64,000 bases of DNA from Candidatus Latescibacterota bacterium (GTDB lineage Bacteria; Latescibacterota; MWCZ01), in the NCBI GenBank assembly GCA_022706085.1, contig JAKJDF010000003.1, positions 64,813-128,812 on the forward strand, given 5' to 3'. How positions within the stretch are numbered: position 1 is the stretch's first letter; the number at the start of each line of letters is the position of its first letter. This document shows, piece after piece, positions 38,416 to 47,899 of the stretch. A model generated the notes under the pieces. The model was not told the origin of the DNA and did not search any database. It saw nothing but the letters and a program-made list of their open reading frames with translations. A program made the position numbers and the translations under genes.

Positions 38416-39402
38416 ATGTCATTGGTTCACCGGGTGAGTCTGGCTGCACTGGTTGGCATATTTTTGTGCGCCCGTACCTGCCCGGGTTTCGTCGAAGTTG
38501 CTGCGCGGGTGGATACCGGCTCCGTCCTGATCGGGGACGTCATCACGTACGAGATTCTGGTAACGTACGACGATACGATCGTGGTGGAGAAACTTCCCCA
38601 CGGAGTCAACCTTACTGCCTTCCACATCCGGGATTACCGGGCCATTCCAAGAACGAAGCTCGCCAACGACCTGTGGCAAGAGGGCGGACAATACCGGATT
38701 TCGGTGTACCGTCCCGGTCTTTACGTCATTCCGCCCGTTCCTTTGCGATACCATGGCAAGTCCGGCCAAGCGGGGGAGCTGATTACGCAACCGATCGCGG
38801 TTGAAGTGAAAAGCATGGGCGTGACTAAGGAGGATACGTTACGTGGGATCAAAGGGCCAAAGTCCATCTCAGTGAAGTTCCCGATCTGGATCTGGGGCAT
38901 CCCGGCAGCGCTGATTCTGGCGGGAGTTGGGGTGGTGTTTGCAATGAAGCGTCGAGGACCAAAGGGCACCGCGGAGGCGGAACTCGCCGCAACCACCGTT
39001 CTTGACGAGGTTGCGGAATTCGATCGGATCCCGGCTGCGGATCTGATCCAATCAGGCGATCTCAAACTCCTCTACACGCTCGTGTCTGACACAATGCGTC
39101 GGTACCTCGCGAGAAGATACGGCGTCAACGCGATGGAGCTCACGCTCCACGAACTCGCTCTGTCTCTTGAATCCGCCGGCGCGGACGCGAACGATGTCGG
39201 GGACATGATTTCGTTCCTTGAACAGTGTGACCTCGTGAAATTCGCGCGATTCATTCCTGCACACGATGAGATCGAAACGCTTATCGAGCGCGCGAAGAAC
39301 CTCGTTCGGCAGACGCAGGTCTCAGCCGTTGCGACGGCGCCAGAAACTAGTGCGGGCAACACCGCCGACGACAGAGACGGCGAGGGGAGCACATCTGTAT
39401 GA
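38416..39402 (+). CDS. DUF4381-like / BatD-C-terminal-like membrane protein immediately upstream of batA
   Basis: Signal peptide, a beta-rich ectodomain, TM helix IWIWGIPAALILAGVGVVFAM, and a cytoplasmic helical domain carrying CDLVKFARF. ATGA overlap with batA. Confidence 0.55.
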   Translation: MSLVHRVSLAALVGIFLCARTCPGFVEVAARVDTGSVLIGDVITYEILVTYDDTIVVEKLPHGVNLTAFHIRDYRAIPRTKLANDLWQEGGQYRISVYRPGLYVIPPVPLRYHGKSGQAGELITQPIAVEVKSMGVTKEDTLRGIKGPKSISVKFPIWIWGIPAALILAGVGVVFAMKRRGPKGTAEAELAATTVLDEVAEFDRIPAADLIQSGDLKLLYTLVSDTMRRYLARRYGVNAMELTLHELALSLESAGADANDVGDMISFLEQCDLVKFARFIPAHDEIETLIERAKNLVRQTQVSAVATAPETSAGNTADDRDGEGSTSV

Positions 39403-40409
39403 CCTTCAGCTTCGCCAGTCCGTGGTGGCTCCTCCTTCTCCTGGCCCTGCCGTTGCAGGTGTGGTGGCACACGCGTGGCACACACTTCACGAATGCAGTG
39501 CTGCGCTTTCCATCCGCCACGTCACTAAGGCAATTCAGGCCTTCAACTCGGGTCAGATTGCGGCACGTTGTGCTGGTCCTGCAGATTCTGGGAGAACTCG
39601 CGCTGATTTTGGCCCTTGCGCGTCCTCGATCCGGCAAAGTCGAACAGCGTGTCATTTCCGAGGGCGTTGACATCGTTCTCGCGCTGGATGTAAGCGGGAG
39701 CATGCAAGCCTTCGACATGGGTAATCGGGAGCGGATAGACGTTGCCAAGGAAGTGACTTCTCAATTCATCGACTCACGGTCCTCCGACCGGCTTGGAATG
39801 GTGGTATTTGCGGGGCAGAGTTACACCCAGTGCCCTTTGACCGTGGACTACGGCATCCTGAAGAACCTCCTGGCGCAGGTGAGCATCCGCATGAATGAGA
39901 CCATTCCCGATGGAACGGCTATCGGCATGGCATTGGCGACTGCAACGAATCGACTTAGAAAGAGCACTGCTCCGAGCAAGGTGATTGTCCTGCTCACTGA
40001 CGGGAGCAACAACGCGGGAATCATAGACCCTCTGACAGCCGCGGAAGCGGCCGCGCAACTCGGAATCAGAGTGTACGCCATCGCAGTTGGGGTTACCGGG
40101 CGCGCGCCGATTCGCGTTCGCGATCCTCTTTTCGGGGAACGTATTGAATTCATGGAGGACAGCATCAACGAGGACGTTCTGCGGGAAATTGCGGCTATCA
40201 CGGGTGGACGCTTTTTCCGTGCTACGTCTCAGACCGCGTTGCAGGAGATTTACCGGGAAATCGGTATGATGGAGAAAACGGAGGTGGCAACGCTTCAGAT
40301 CCCACGTTTTGCGGAGTTGACCTTCGTTTTTTTTCTGATACCCTTGGGGTTGGGATTGTTGATCGTAGGCTCCCTCCTGCGCTTTACCGTGTTCAGGACG
40401 ATCCCATGA
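39399..40409 (+). CDS. batA: BatA, vWA-domain aerotolerance-operon protein
   Basis: N-terminal FxxPWWLLLLLALP, vWA MIDAS motif DVSGSM...TAIG...TDGSNN, and a C-terminal TM. Confidence 0.9.
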   Translation: MTFSFASPWWLLLLLALPLQVWWHTRGTHFTNAVLRFPSATSLRQFRPSTRVRLRHVVLVLQILGELALILALARPRSGKVEQRVISEGVDIVLALDVSGSMQAFDMGNRERIDVAKEVTSQFIDSRSSDRLGMVVFAGQSYTQCPLTVDYGILKNLLAQVSIRMNETIPDGTAIGMALATATNRLRKSTAPSKVIVLLTDGSNNAGIIDPLTAAEAAAQLGIRVYAIAVGVTGRAPIRVRDPLFGERIEFMEDSINEDVLREIAAITGGRFFRATSQTALQEIYREIGMMEKTEVATLQIPRFAELTFVFFLIPLGLGLLIVGSLLRFTVFRTIP

Positions 40410-40413
40410 GGCG

Positions 40414-41466
40414 TTGGAGTACGAAGCAGTGGACATCCTGATAAGCCTTGTTGCTCAGCTTTGGCGGGACCCAGAATGGCTGTGGGGGCTGCTTCTCGTT
40501 CCCATGGTTCCAGTCGCGTATTTCGTGCTGGAATGGCGCGCGCGCGCATTGATCGCCCGCCTTGGGAACCTCGATGTCCTCAGAGAATCAGCAGTCGAGG
40601 TCAGTACCCGTATGAGGGCGGTTCGCGTGTTTCTGTTCGTCGGAGCGATTGCTCTGGGCTTCGCCGCGGCGGCCAGGCCACAGTGGGGATCATCAACCGA
40701 AATCGTTCACAGCACCGGGTTGGATATTGTGCTTCTGCTTGACACATCACTTTCGATGCTTGCCGAGGATTTGAAACCTAACCGGCTGGAATCGGCCAAA
40801 CTCGAAGTGGCGACATTCCTGGACAAGCTGAAATCGGACCGCGTCGCTCTCGTTCCTTTTGCGGGTACGGCTTTCATCCAGTGTCCTCTCACGCTGGACT
40901 ATTCCGCTGTGCGACTTTTGCTCAGCGACATTACCCCGTACACGGTGAGCGAAGAGGGGACGCAGATTGGGACTGCAATTCGCACCGGTCTGAAGGCCTT
41001 CGGTGAGGGTGATGACAGAAGTCGCGTGATGGTGCTGATCACGGACGGCGAAGATCAGGGAAGCAATCCCCTGGAAGCGGCACAGATGGCTGCTGATGAG
41101 GGTGTGCGGATCTACGCGATCGGCGTCGGGTCTCCCGAAGGTGAGCTCATTCCGGATACAGGTATAGACGGCCGTCCGGATTTTCTGCGTGATGATCACG
41201 GAAGCGTGGTGAAAACCAAACTGAACGAAGAAGCACTTCGGGAAATCGCGATCGAGACAGGCGGCGAGTATTACCGCGCGAGCCCCGGTGGGAGGGAACT
41301 GGAAGCCATACTGGAAAGCATAAGTGATATGGAAAGAACCCGGCAGAGTGAATTCCAGACAGTTGCCCGAATCGACCGATACCAGACTCCGCTGGCATGT
41401 TCCGTTCTGCTGTTTCTTGTCATTCCGTTTGTTCCAGAACGGGCGGCAACAAGGAGGCGGCCATGA
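40414..41466 (+). CDS. batB: BatB, second vWA-domain protein
   Basis: PEWLWGLLLVP N-terminus, MIDAS motif DTSLSM...TQIG...TDGEDQ, and a C-terminal TM. Confidence 0.9.
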   Translation: MEYEAVDILISLVAQLWRDPEWLWGLLLVPMVPVAYFVLEWRARALIARLGNLDVLRESAVEVSTRMRAVRVFLFVGAIALGFAAAARPQWGSSTEIVHSTGLDIVLLLDTSLSMLAEDLKPNRLESAKLEVATFLDKLKSDRVALVPFAGTAFIQCPLTLDYSAVRLLLSDITPYTVSEEGTQIGTAIRTGLKAFGEGDDRSRVMVLITDGEDQGSNPLEAAQMAADEGVRIYAIGVGSPEGELIPDTGIDGRPDFLRDDHGSVVKTKLNEEALREIAIETGGEYYRASPGGRELEAILESISDMERTRQSEFQTVARIDRYQTPLACSVLLFLVIPFVPERAATRRRP

Positions 41467-42131
41467 CGAACGTGAGTGTGTTCGTTCTTGTGCTGGCGGT
41501 TTGGCTCTCCGGTTGCCAGTGGAATGAAGTGCTGGTACAGCGTTCAGTCGCGCGCAAAGTGCAGGAAGGGAACGCATTGTACCTCCGGGGAGAACTGAAT
41601 GAAGCGCTCATTAGATACCGCGATGCGGAAACCGATGCTCCGGAAGAAGGGCGTATCAAGTTCAACATAGGGAATGTGTTCTATCGTCAATCCCAGTTCG
41701 GCGAAGCTGAAGAGACATATCTGGATGCCGCGAGACGGGGCGACGCAGTATCGCGGGCGGACGCCTGGTACAACCTTGGCAACGCGTGCTTCAAACAAGG
41801 GCGTTTTGACAAGGCCGTGGAAAGCTATCAGAAGGCTTTGGAGTTCAACCCGTCTGACAGAGACGCGAAGTTCAATCTCGAACTGGTTCAGAAAATGCTG
41901 AACCGTGCCGCAAGCGAAGCGGCGAGCACGCCCGCCGGCTATCGGCGCCCGAGCAACTGGGCGAGGGATCGAATGAAAGAAGCGGAGGCGCTTGCACAGC
42001 GCGGTAAATATGGCGAAGCTCAGCGGGTGATTTCAAGGACATTCCAGGCGGAACCCTCATGTGCCGGCGAGTTCGGCGAATTCGCCGAACGGGTGACCGC
42101 GCTGAAGAACATATTCGGGGAAGGCCGATGA
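41463..42131 (+). CDS. batC: BatC, TPR-repeat protein
   Basis: Signal or lipobox LSGCQ followed by 3-4 TPR repeats (YNLGNACFKQGRFDKAVESYQKALEFNP). ATGA overlaps on both sides. Confidence 0.85.
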   Translation: MTNVSVFVLVLAVWLSGCQWNEVLVQRSVARKVQEGNALYLRGELNEALIRYRDAETDAPEEGRIKFNIGNVFYRQSQFGEAEETYLDAARRGDAVSRADAWYNLGNACFKQGRFDKAVESYQKALEFNPSDRDAKFNLELVQKMLNRAASEAASTPAGYRRPSNWARDRMKEAEALAQRGKYGEAQRVISRTFQAEPSCAGEFGEFAERVTALKNIFGEGR

Positions 42132-42655
42132 ACAGCTTCTTGCTTTTTGCCGTTGCTCTCGCACTAGGGGGCGGCACCCCCGCACGAGGCCAACAGGCGG
42201 TTTCCGGCCTGCCTCCTGAGCTTCTGGTAGCAAGAGCCGCGCAAGCGGTTGCCACGATTACGTTTGATCGTTCGCTTGAGGAACAGGCGCTTCGCGACCT
42301 TGCGGCAGCGCTCCGCCAGGACCCCCGCAACTCCCGCGCAAAAGCTCTTGTCGATCTAATACAGAAGCGGCGCCAAGAGAGGGAGAAGCAGGAGCAACAG
42401 AGAGGACAACAGCAACTGCGCAACCAGCGGCCCGAAGCTCAGGCACAGGTCGCGCAGCAACCGTCCGGGCCGAAACAGAAAGAGAGTAGCAATGCGCCGG
42501 ACCGTACGGAGACCAATCGTCGGGCGCCGCGCGAAGAGGGGAACAGGTTGACCAGGGAACAGGCGCAGCAGCTCCTTGACGCCCTTGAACAGCAGGACCG
42601 ACGACCAACGCAGAGACTCCCGGTTCGTAACCCACGGCAGGGACCACGATGGTAA
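42128..42655 (+). CDS. Small secreted low-complexity (Q/R/E-rich) protein
   Basis: Signal peptide MNSFLLFAVALALGGG, then QEREKQEQQRGQQQLRNQRPEAQAQVAQQ. Translationally coupled between batC and batD. Confidence 0.5.
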   Translation: MNSFLLFAVALALGGGTPARGQQAVSGLPPELLVARAAQAVATITFDRSLEEQALRDLAAALRQDPRNSRAKALVDLIQKRRQEREKQEQQRGQQQLRNQRPEAQAQVAQQPSGPKQKESSNAPDRTETNRRAPREEGNRLTREQAQQLLDALEQQDRRPTQRLPVRNPRQGPRW

Positions 42656-44466
42656 GAGTCGCGGGGTGTATGGTACGAATGCACACGTGTGGAAGGATTT
42701 TCATCGGTGTGACAGGACTGCTGCTCCTGGCGTCGTTGGGCCGCGCGGAGGTGCAGGTGTTTGCGCGGGTGGATCGGAACCAGGCACAGGTAGGCGAGCA
42801 GGTCGTACTCACCGTTGCGGTCGTCAGTCAGAAACCGCTCAGCGTACAGGTGCCCCCGACACTGCGGATTTCAGGTGTCACATGTTCCCAGGTTCGCGGC
42901 CCTGCAACTTCAGAGGAGATGTCTATCTCTGGAGGCCGTCTCCTGCGGCGTGCCACCGCCGAATACGCCTATTTTTTAACTGCGGAGCGCGCGGGGGAGA
43001 TTGAGATTCCGGCGATTCCAGTGACTGTTGAGGGGACGCAGTTCCTGACCCAGCCGATACGTCTCACCGTGGGAAAATCACCGGTCTTGGAGGCCGGAGG
43101 GCCAGTTCAGGTTCGGGTGAATGTGAGCCGCACAACGGTGTACCAAGGTGAACAGATCGTCGTGGAATATCTGTTGTACGAAGAAGCAGTGGCGAGCAGC
43201 CGAATCCAGAACCGCCAACTTGTGCGCGACCCTTCATTCCTGAACTTCTGGGCTGAAACGCTGGAGGATATCCGCCGTCAGCAAATTCCCACCCGGAGGG
43301 AAACGATCAACGGAGTTGCGTACAATGTGTTACCAATACTGCGTTATGTCGTGTTTCCCACACGGGCGGGCACTCTGACGGTCCCATCAATTACCGTGTC
43401 GCTTGTGGCAGCCCTGCCGACTGGGGCCAGGACAATCTGGGGCGAACCGGTTCTGCAACCGAGACAGATCAGCGTTAGTTCGCCTGAGCGCACGATCGAA
43501 TCACGAGCACTCCCCGCAAACCCTCCCGCCGGGTTCAGCGGGGCCGTCGGATCGTTTTCGATTACGAGCGAGGTGGACAGAACCGAAGTCGCTGAAGGAG
43601 ACCCCATTTCCTGGAAGGTGATCATAGAAGGCGACGGAAACGTGAAAAGCGTGGGCGATTTGCGCATTCCGGATCTGCCTGATTTTCGCGCATATGATCC
43701 CAAAACAACTGCTTCGTTCACTGTCACGCAGGGCGCTGTGCGTGGCAAGTTGGTGCATGAACGCGTAGTAATGCCACTTCACGCGGGCATCAGCCAGATT
43801 CCAGGCACTACCTTCACATTTTTCGATCCCAGAACGAGGCAATACAGAACCATCGCGGTAGAAGCGAAGAAGATCACGGTTACGGCGAACGGGGCCGCGG
43901 TTGCGCATACGCCTGCGGGTGGACAGATGCTGGTGAAGGAAGTTGGATCGGATATCCGCTATATCCAGCCGGATGTCAGTTCGTTGGAAGATGAGTCATG
44001 GCGGCTTACCGATTCCCCTCTGTACTGGGTGTCGTATGGCCTTCCCGTAGCGTGGGTTCTTCTTGCCTTTGGCGTACGGGCGCGCAGAATTCGTATGGGC
44101 GCGAACCCGGCAAGGATGCGTGCGCTCGGTGCCGCAGGAGAGGCTCGTCGACGGCTGAAAGTTGCGCGGTTGGCGCTTGAGAAAAACGATGTTCACGGTG
44201 GGATTCAGGCCGTCGCGAACTCCTTGACCGAACTGGTTGCCGCGGCGGCCAACACCACCGCGGCAGGCCTCACTTCGTCGCGCATATCCGAGGTCCTCAG
44301 CGAAAAACAAGTCCCGGAAGACCTTAGAAAAGAAGTTTTGGCGACGCTTGCGCAGTGTGACGAAATCCGATATGCCCCGACTTCCGCGTCGGCCGACGCG
44401 GCGAGAGCGATCTACGAGAAGGGGCTCGGCCTTGTCCGCCAGCTGCTGAGATACCTCGTGCCATGA
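42649..44466 (+). CDS. batD: BatD, oxygen-tolerance protein
   Basis: 605 aa: signal peptide, tandem beta-sandwich ectodomains, TM helix WVSYGLPVAWVLLAFGV, and a C-terminal helical domain carrying CDEIRYAP. Confidence 0.85.
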   Translation: MVRVAGCMVRMHTCGRIFIGVTGLLLLASLGRAEVQVFARVDRNQAQVGEQVVLTVAVVSQKPLSVQVPPTLRISGVTCSQVRGPATSEEMSISGGRLLRRATAEYAYFLTAERAGEIEIPAIPVTVEGTQFLTQPIRLTVGKSPVLEAGGPVQVRVNVSRTTVYQGEQIVVEYLLYEEAVASSRIQNRQLVRDPSFLNFWAETLEDIRRQQIPTRRETINGVAYNVLPILRYVVFPTRAGTLTVPSITVSLVAALPTGARTIWGEPVLQPRQISVSSPERTIESRALPANPPAGFSGAVGSFSITSEVDRTEVAEGDPISWKVIIEGDGNVKSVGDLRIPDLPDFRAYDPKTTASFTVTQGAVRGKLVHERVVMPLHAGISQIPGTTFTFFDPRTRQYRTIAVEAKKITVTANGAAVAHTPAGGQMLVKEVGSDIRYIQPDVSSLEDESWRLTDSPLYWVSYGLPVAWVLLAFGVRARRIRMGANPARMRALGAAGEARRRLKVARLALEKNDVHGGIQAVANSLTELVAAAANTTAAGLTSSRISEVLSEKQVPEDLRKEVLATLAQCDEIRYAPTSASADAARAIYEKGLGLVRQLLRYLVP

Positions 44467-45233
44467 AAAGAACTCTTGCGTCCGTTTTCGTACTGGCTCT
44501 CGCCTTCGCCGTGGAGAGCTCATCGTTCGCGTCAAACCGGGGCCTGGCCCGTCTGTTCAACGAGGGGAACGCTGCATACCGGCAGGGGAGGTATGAGGAT
44601 GCGATCGTCGCGTACAACAGGGTGCTGACAGGAGGAGTGCGTTCAAGCGCGGTCTATTACAACCTTGGAAATTCCTATTACCGGACGGGCAAACTGGGGC
44701 TTGCCATTCTGAATTTCGAAAGAAGTCTCCGGCTCGACCCCGGCAATGATGACACCCGTCACAACCTCCGATTTGTGTCCTCACTCGTCCAGGACCGTGT
44801 TCTGGTTTCCAGTTTCGAACTGAAATTCCAGGAGAAGTTGTCGCAGCTCCTCGGGTACACGAGCCCCAATTTCGTTGCGGTTATCGTGCTTCTGGCAGTG
44901 TGTGTCTCCGCCGGAGTCGGCGGGCTTTGGCTTCTTGGACGGTTCCGCACACGCATCGCAATGGTTATTTTCGTTGGATGTTGTGTGTTGGCTGCTCTGG
45001 GTGCAAGCGTCATGGCCGGCCAGAAATGGGCGGCAGACGAAGGACGTACAGGGATAGTGCTTGCCGACCAGGCAAACGCGCGTTTTGAACCGAGCGAAAC
45101 TTCGCGGGTGGTGTTCGTTGTTCACGAAGGTACCAAAGTCTGGCTCATACGGCGTGACGGTGGGTGGGCATTCGTTCGCCTCGCCAATGGTCTGCGCGGA
45201 TGGGTTCAACAGGGTGCGTTCGAAATGATATGA
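44463..45233 (+). CDS. batE: BatE, TPR plus SH3b-domain protein
   Basis: N-terminal TPR (YYNLGNSYYRTGKLGLAILNFERSLRLDP), two TM helices, and a C-terminal SH3-like region (GTKVWLIRRDGGWAFVRLANGLRGWV). Confidence 0.85.
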   Translation: MKRTLASVFVLALAFAVESSSFASNRGLARLFNEGNAAYRQGRYEDAIVAYNRVLTGGVRSSAVYYNLGNSYYRTGKLGLAILNFERSLRLDPGNDDTRHNLRFVSSLVQDRVLVSSFELKFQEKLSQLLGYTSPNFVAVIVLLAVCVSAGVGGLWLLGRFRTRIAMVIFVGCCVLAALGASVMAGQKWAADEGRTGIVLADQANARFEPSETSRVVFVVHEGTKVWLIRRDGGWAFVRLANGLRGWVQQGAFEMI

Positions 45234-45244
45234 AGGAGTGGTGT

Positions 45245-46132
45245 ATGGCTTCGCGCCTGTTTGTATGGGGCGCAGCGTTCGTAGTTCTTGCCGGCCAGGC
45301 GTGGGCTCAACCTTCGTACCTGGTTCCGCTCCTCAATGAGATTGAACGAACCAACCCGGCCAGTTTCTACACCGTTACCTTCAGGCTTTATGAGCGTGTC
45401 GGGGCGGGTGTGTATTCCCCTGAAGACCTGCGGTTCCTCGGCACCGCCTTACTCCGCCGCGCAGAAGCCTCGCCTGAACTGCTGCCCGTAGTTCTCCCGC
45501 TTCTGGGACAGATGAATGTCCCCGAAACCGTGTCGCCCATCATGACGCACGCGCGATCATCTGATCAGGCGGTAAGGACGGCCGCCTATCAGGCCCTGGG
45601 ATGGATGGGCGACGAGCGGGCTCTCCCTCTCTTGACGGCCCGCAGTCGGCAGGAAAGGCCCGCGGCCAGTGCCGAAGAGCGGTTCATGATCGAATACGCG
45701 ACACGATCGATCCAGCTGAAAGCCCGGTTGCGACGTATGCCGGCGGGAGACCAATTCGCGTTGGTCCGTAATACCCTGCTGACGGAACCGAACTGGCTGG
45801 TTCGGGGTGACATAGCGCGGATGTTGTCAAAAAGGGCAGGCGCGGATGTCTGGACGGTGTTGTTCGACTCGTATGAACGGTGGGCAAGTACTCCGCAGTA
45901 CGTGCAAATGATTGGCGAAGTACTTGGTCAGCGGTACAGATTCGACCCGACGGGCTACATCGCCGCGGTGAAACGACGTCCTCCGGAGACACGCCTTTAT
46001 GCGTTGGAGCGCATTTCCGACTTCCCTCACATCAGCGACATGGGCGCCATAATGGACGTGTCGGAAACTGACGCCGACGCGATGGTGCGCGAGCGCGCCA
46101 CAATCTTGCTCGGGAAACTGCTGAATCGTTAG
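45245..46132 (+). CDS. Secreted HEAT/PBS-lyase-repeat protein
   Basis: Signal peptide AGQAWAQP. Repeated 'D..VR..A..ALG.' HEAT-like units. RBS AAGGAG. Confidence 0.6.
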   Translation: MASRLFVWGAAFVVLAGQAWAQPSYLVPLLNEIERTNPASFYTVTFRLYERVGAGVYSPEDLRFLGTALLRRAEASPELLPVVLPLLGQMNVPETVSPIMTHARSSDQAVRTAAYQALGWMGDERALPLLTARSRQERPAASAEERFMIEYATRSIQLKARLRRMPAGDQFALVRNTLLTEPNWLVRGDIARMLSKRAGADVWTVLFDSYERWASTPQYVQMIGEVLGQRYRFDPTGYIAAVKRRPPETRLYALERISDFPHISDMGAIMDVSETDADAMVRERATILLGKLLNR

Positions 46133-47877
46133 GGTTCAGTGTTTTCCACTGCGGCCTTTTGTCGGTTTATTTCCCTGAATATCGCGGGATCGAACTTCGG
46201 TTCGCGCTGGTAGGTGTAGAGTCCGTTGACCTCCTGCTCCACATCGTAAAGCTGCGTGTAACAAAAACCGCACATCATCGGGTGATTCAGCAGAGTTTCC
46301 GTAAGCCCCCGGTAACGCGTGAGGAACTCTTCTTCCGTTTTCGGGCGGTCACCGTATCCCCAGGACTTGCCATCCTCTTTGCCGGGGTTCCACCAGATCC
46401 CGCCATATTCGCTCACGAAATACGGCTGGCCAGCCCATTCGGCATCCTCTTTGGGGAAGTTGCGCCACACTTCGTGCCCTGAGATCATTCCCGCGAAGTT
46501 GGCCGCAAACTTCGCGACGTCCTGTTCGTAACAATGTGAATCGTATACATCCGTGCATTCCGTGTGAACGTAACCGGAAGTATCGATACACGGCCTGGTG
46601 GGGTCGAAAAGCTTGGTGGTTCTGTACACGAGCCGCAAGATGTCCGGGTCCCTGGGTGGTTGCTGGTGCGTTTCGTTGAACGGGCACCACCCGACTATGG
46701 AAGGGTGATTCACGTCGCGACGAAGGATCGAAAGCCACTCCTCCTGAACACGGATCAGGGCCGCCGGGTTTGAAAGGTCAAGACCCCAGTTGGGGTACTC
46801 GCCCCATGCGAGGTATCCCAGTTTGTCAGCCCAGTAAAGGAATCGTGGCTCGAAGACTCGCATATGAAGACGGGCACCATCAAATCCGGCTGCTTGTGAT
46901 ATCTTGATGTCGCGCTTGAGATCCTCGTCCGTCGGCGCCGTGTAGATGCCGTCCGGGTAGAAGCCCTGGTCAAGAACCAGCCGCTGAAACCGGGGTTGTC
47001 CGTTGAGCAACAGTGCTCTTCCCCGTGTGCCGAGAGTGCGCAAGCCCATGTAGCTTGCCACTGTGTCTTCCGCATGGTCCGCCGCGCGCAAGCGGACGGA
47101 CACGTCGTACAGGAAGGGGTCCTCCGGAGACCACAACCTGACGGTGTTGACAGGCACCACGACAGCCGCTGCACCTCCGATAACGTAGCCTTCACCGAAG
47201 CCAACGGCTTCGCCACCAGCGCTCAGGGTGATTTCCGTGCGCGCCCCCTCCGCGGCCCGCGAAGCGAGGACTTCCACCAGCACTTTCGCCTGATGAAGGT
47301 CTGGAACAAAATGGAGTCCCGTCACGTGCACGTCTGGAACCGGCTCCATCCACACAGTCTGCCAGATCCCCGTGGTTCGCGTGTAATGGCACCCGTGCGA
47401 CTCATACCGAATTGACTGTTTGCCCGAAGGCTGAAGGGGCGAGCGCGTATCGTCCTCCGCGAACACGGTGAGCACGTTCGATCCGGCGCTAAGCGCGTCC
47501 GTCACGTCAAACGAGAATGGTGAGTACCCACCCCGGTGCGAACCCAGCAGCTTCCCGTTGACCCACACATGCGCCAGATAGTCTACCGCGCCGAAGTGCA
47601 GGATGATTCTTTTGCCGCTCCAGTCCTCAGGTATTGTGAACGTGCGACGGTACCATACGCCAGCCATGAAATCGGTATGCGCGATTCCCGAGAGTCTGCT
47701 TTCAGGGCAAAATGGTACGACGATCTCCTGCGGAAGCGTGGTGCCGGGGTCTGCCAGACCGCGCGAGACGCCACTGAGTCCGGGATCAAGACAGAATTGC
47801 CACCTGCCGTTCAGGTTCAGCCACTTCGTGCGAACCAGGTCCGGGCGGGGATACTCGGGGCGAGGACAAAAATCCAT
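46129..47877 (-). CDS. Glycoside hydrolase family 2 protein
   Basis: Sugar-binding N-terminus (WQFCLDP...NGKLLGSHRGGYSPFSFDVT) and a TIM-barrel with the NETH motif (WCPFNETH). RBS AGGAG. Confidence 0.8.
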   Translation of the reverse strand: MDFCPRPEYPRPDLVRTKWLNLNGRWQFCLDPGLSGVSRGLADPGTTLPQEIVVPFCPESRLSGIAHTDFMAGVWYRRTFTIPEDWSGKRIILHFGAVDYLAHVWVNGKLLGSHRGGYSPFSFDVTDALSAGSNVLTVFAEDDTRSPLQPSGKQSIRYESHGCHYTRTTGIWQTVWMEPVPDVHVTGLHFVPDLHQAKVLVEVLASRAAEGARTEITLSAGGEAVGFGEGYVIGGAAAVVVPVNTVRLWSPEDPFLYDVSVRLRAADHAEDTVASYMGLRTLGTRGRALLLNGQPRFQRLVLDQGFYPDGIYTAPTDEDLKRDIKISQAAGFDGARLHMRVFEPRFLYWADKLGYLAWGEYPNWGLDLSNPAALIRVQEEWLSILRRDVNHPSIVGWCPFNETHQQPPRDPDILRLVYRTTKLFDPTRPCIDTSGYVHTECTDVYDSHCYEQDVAKFAANFAGMISGHEVWRNFPKEDAEWAGQPYFVSEYGGIWWNPGKEDGKSWGYGDRPKTEEEFLTRYRGLTETLLNHPMMCGFCYTQLYDVEQEVNGLYTYQREPKFDPAIFREINRQKAAVENTEP

Positions 47878-47899
47878 CGGTTGCTCCTGAGAAAATGGT

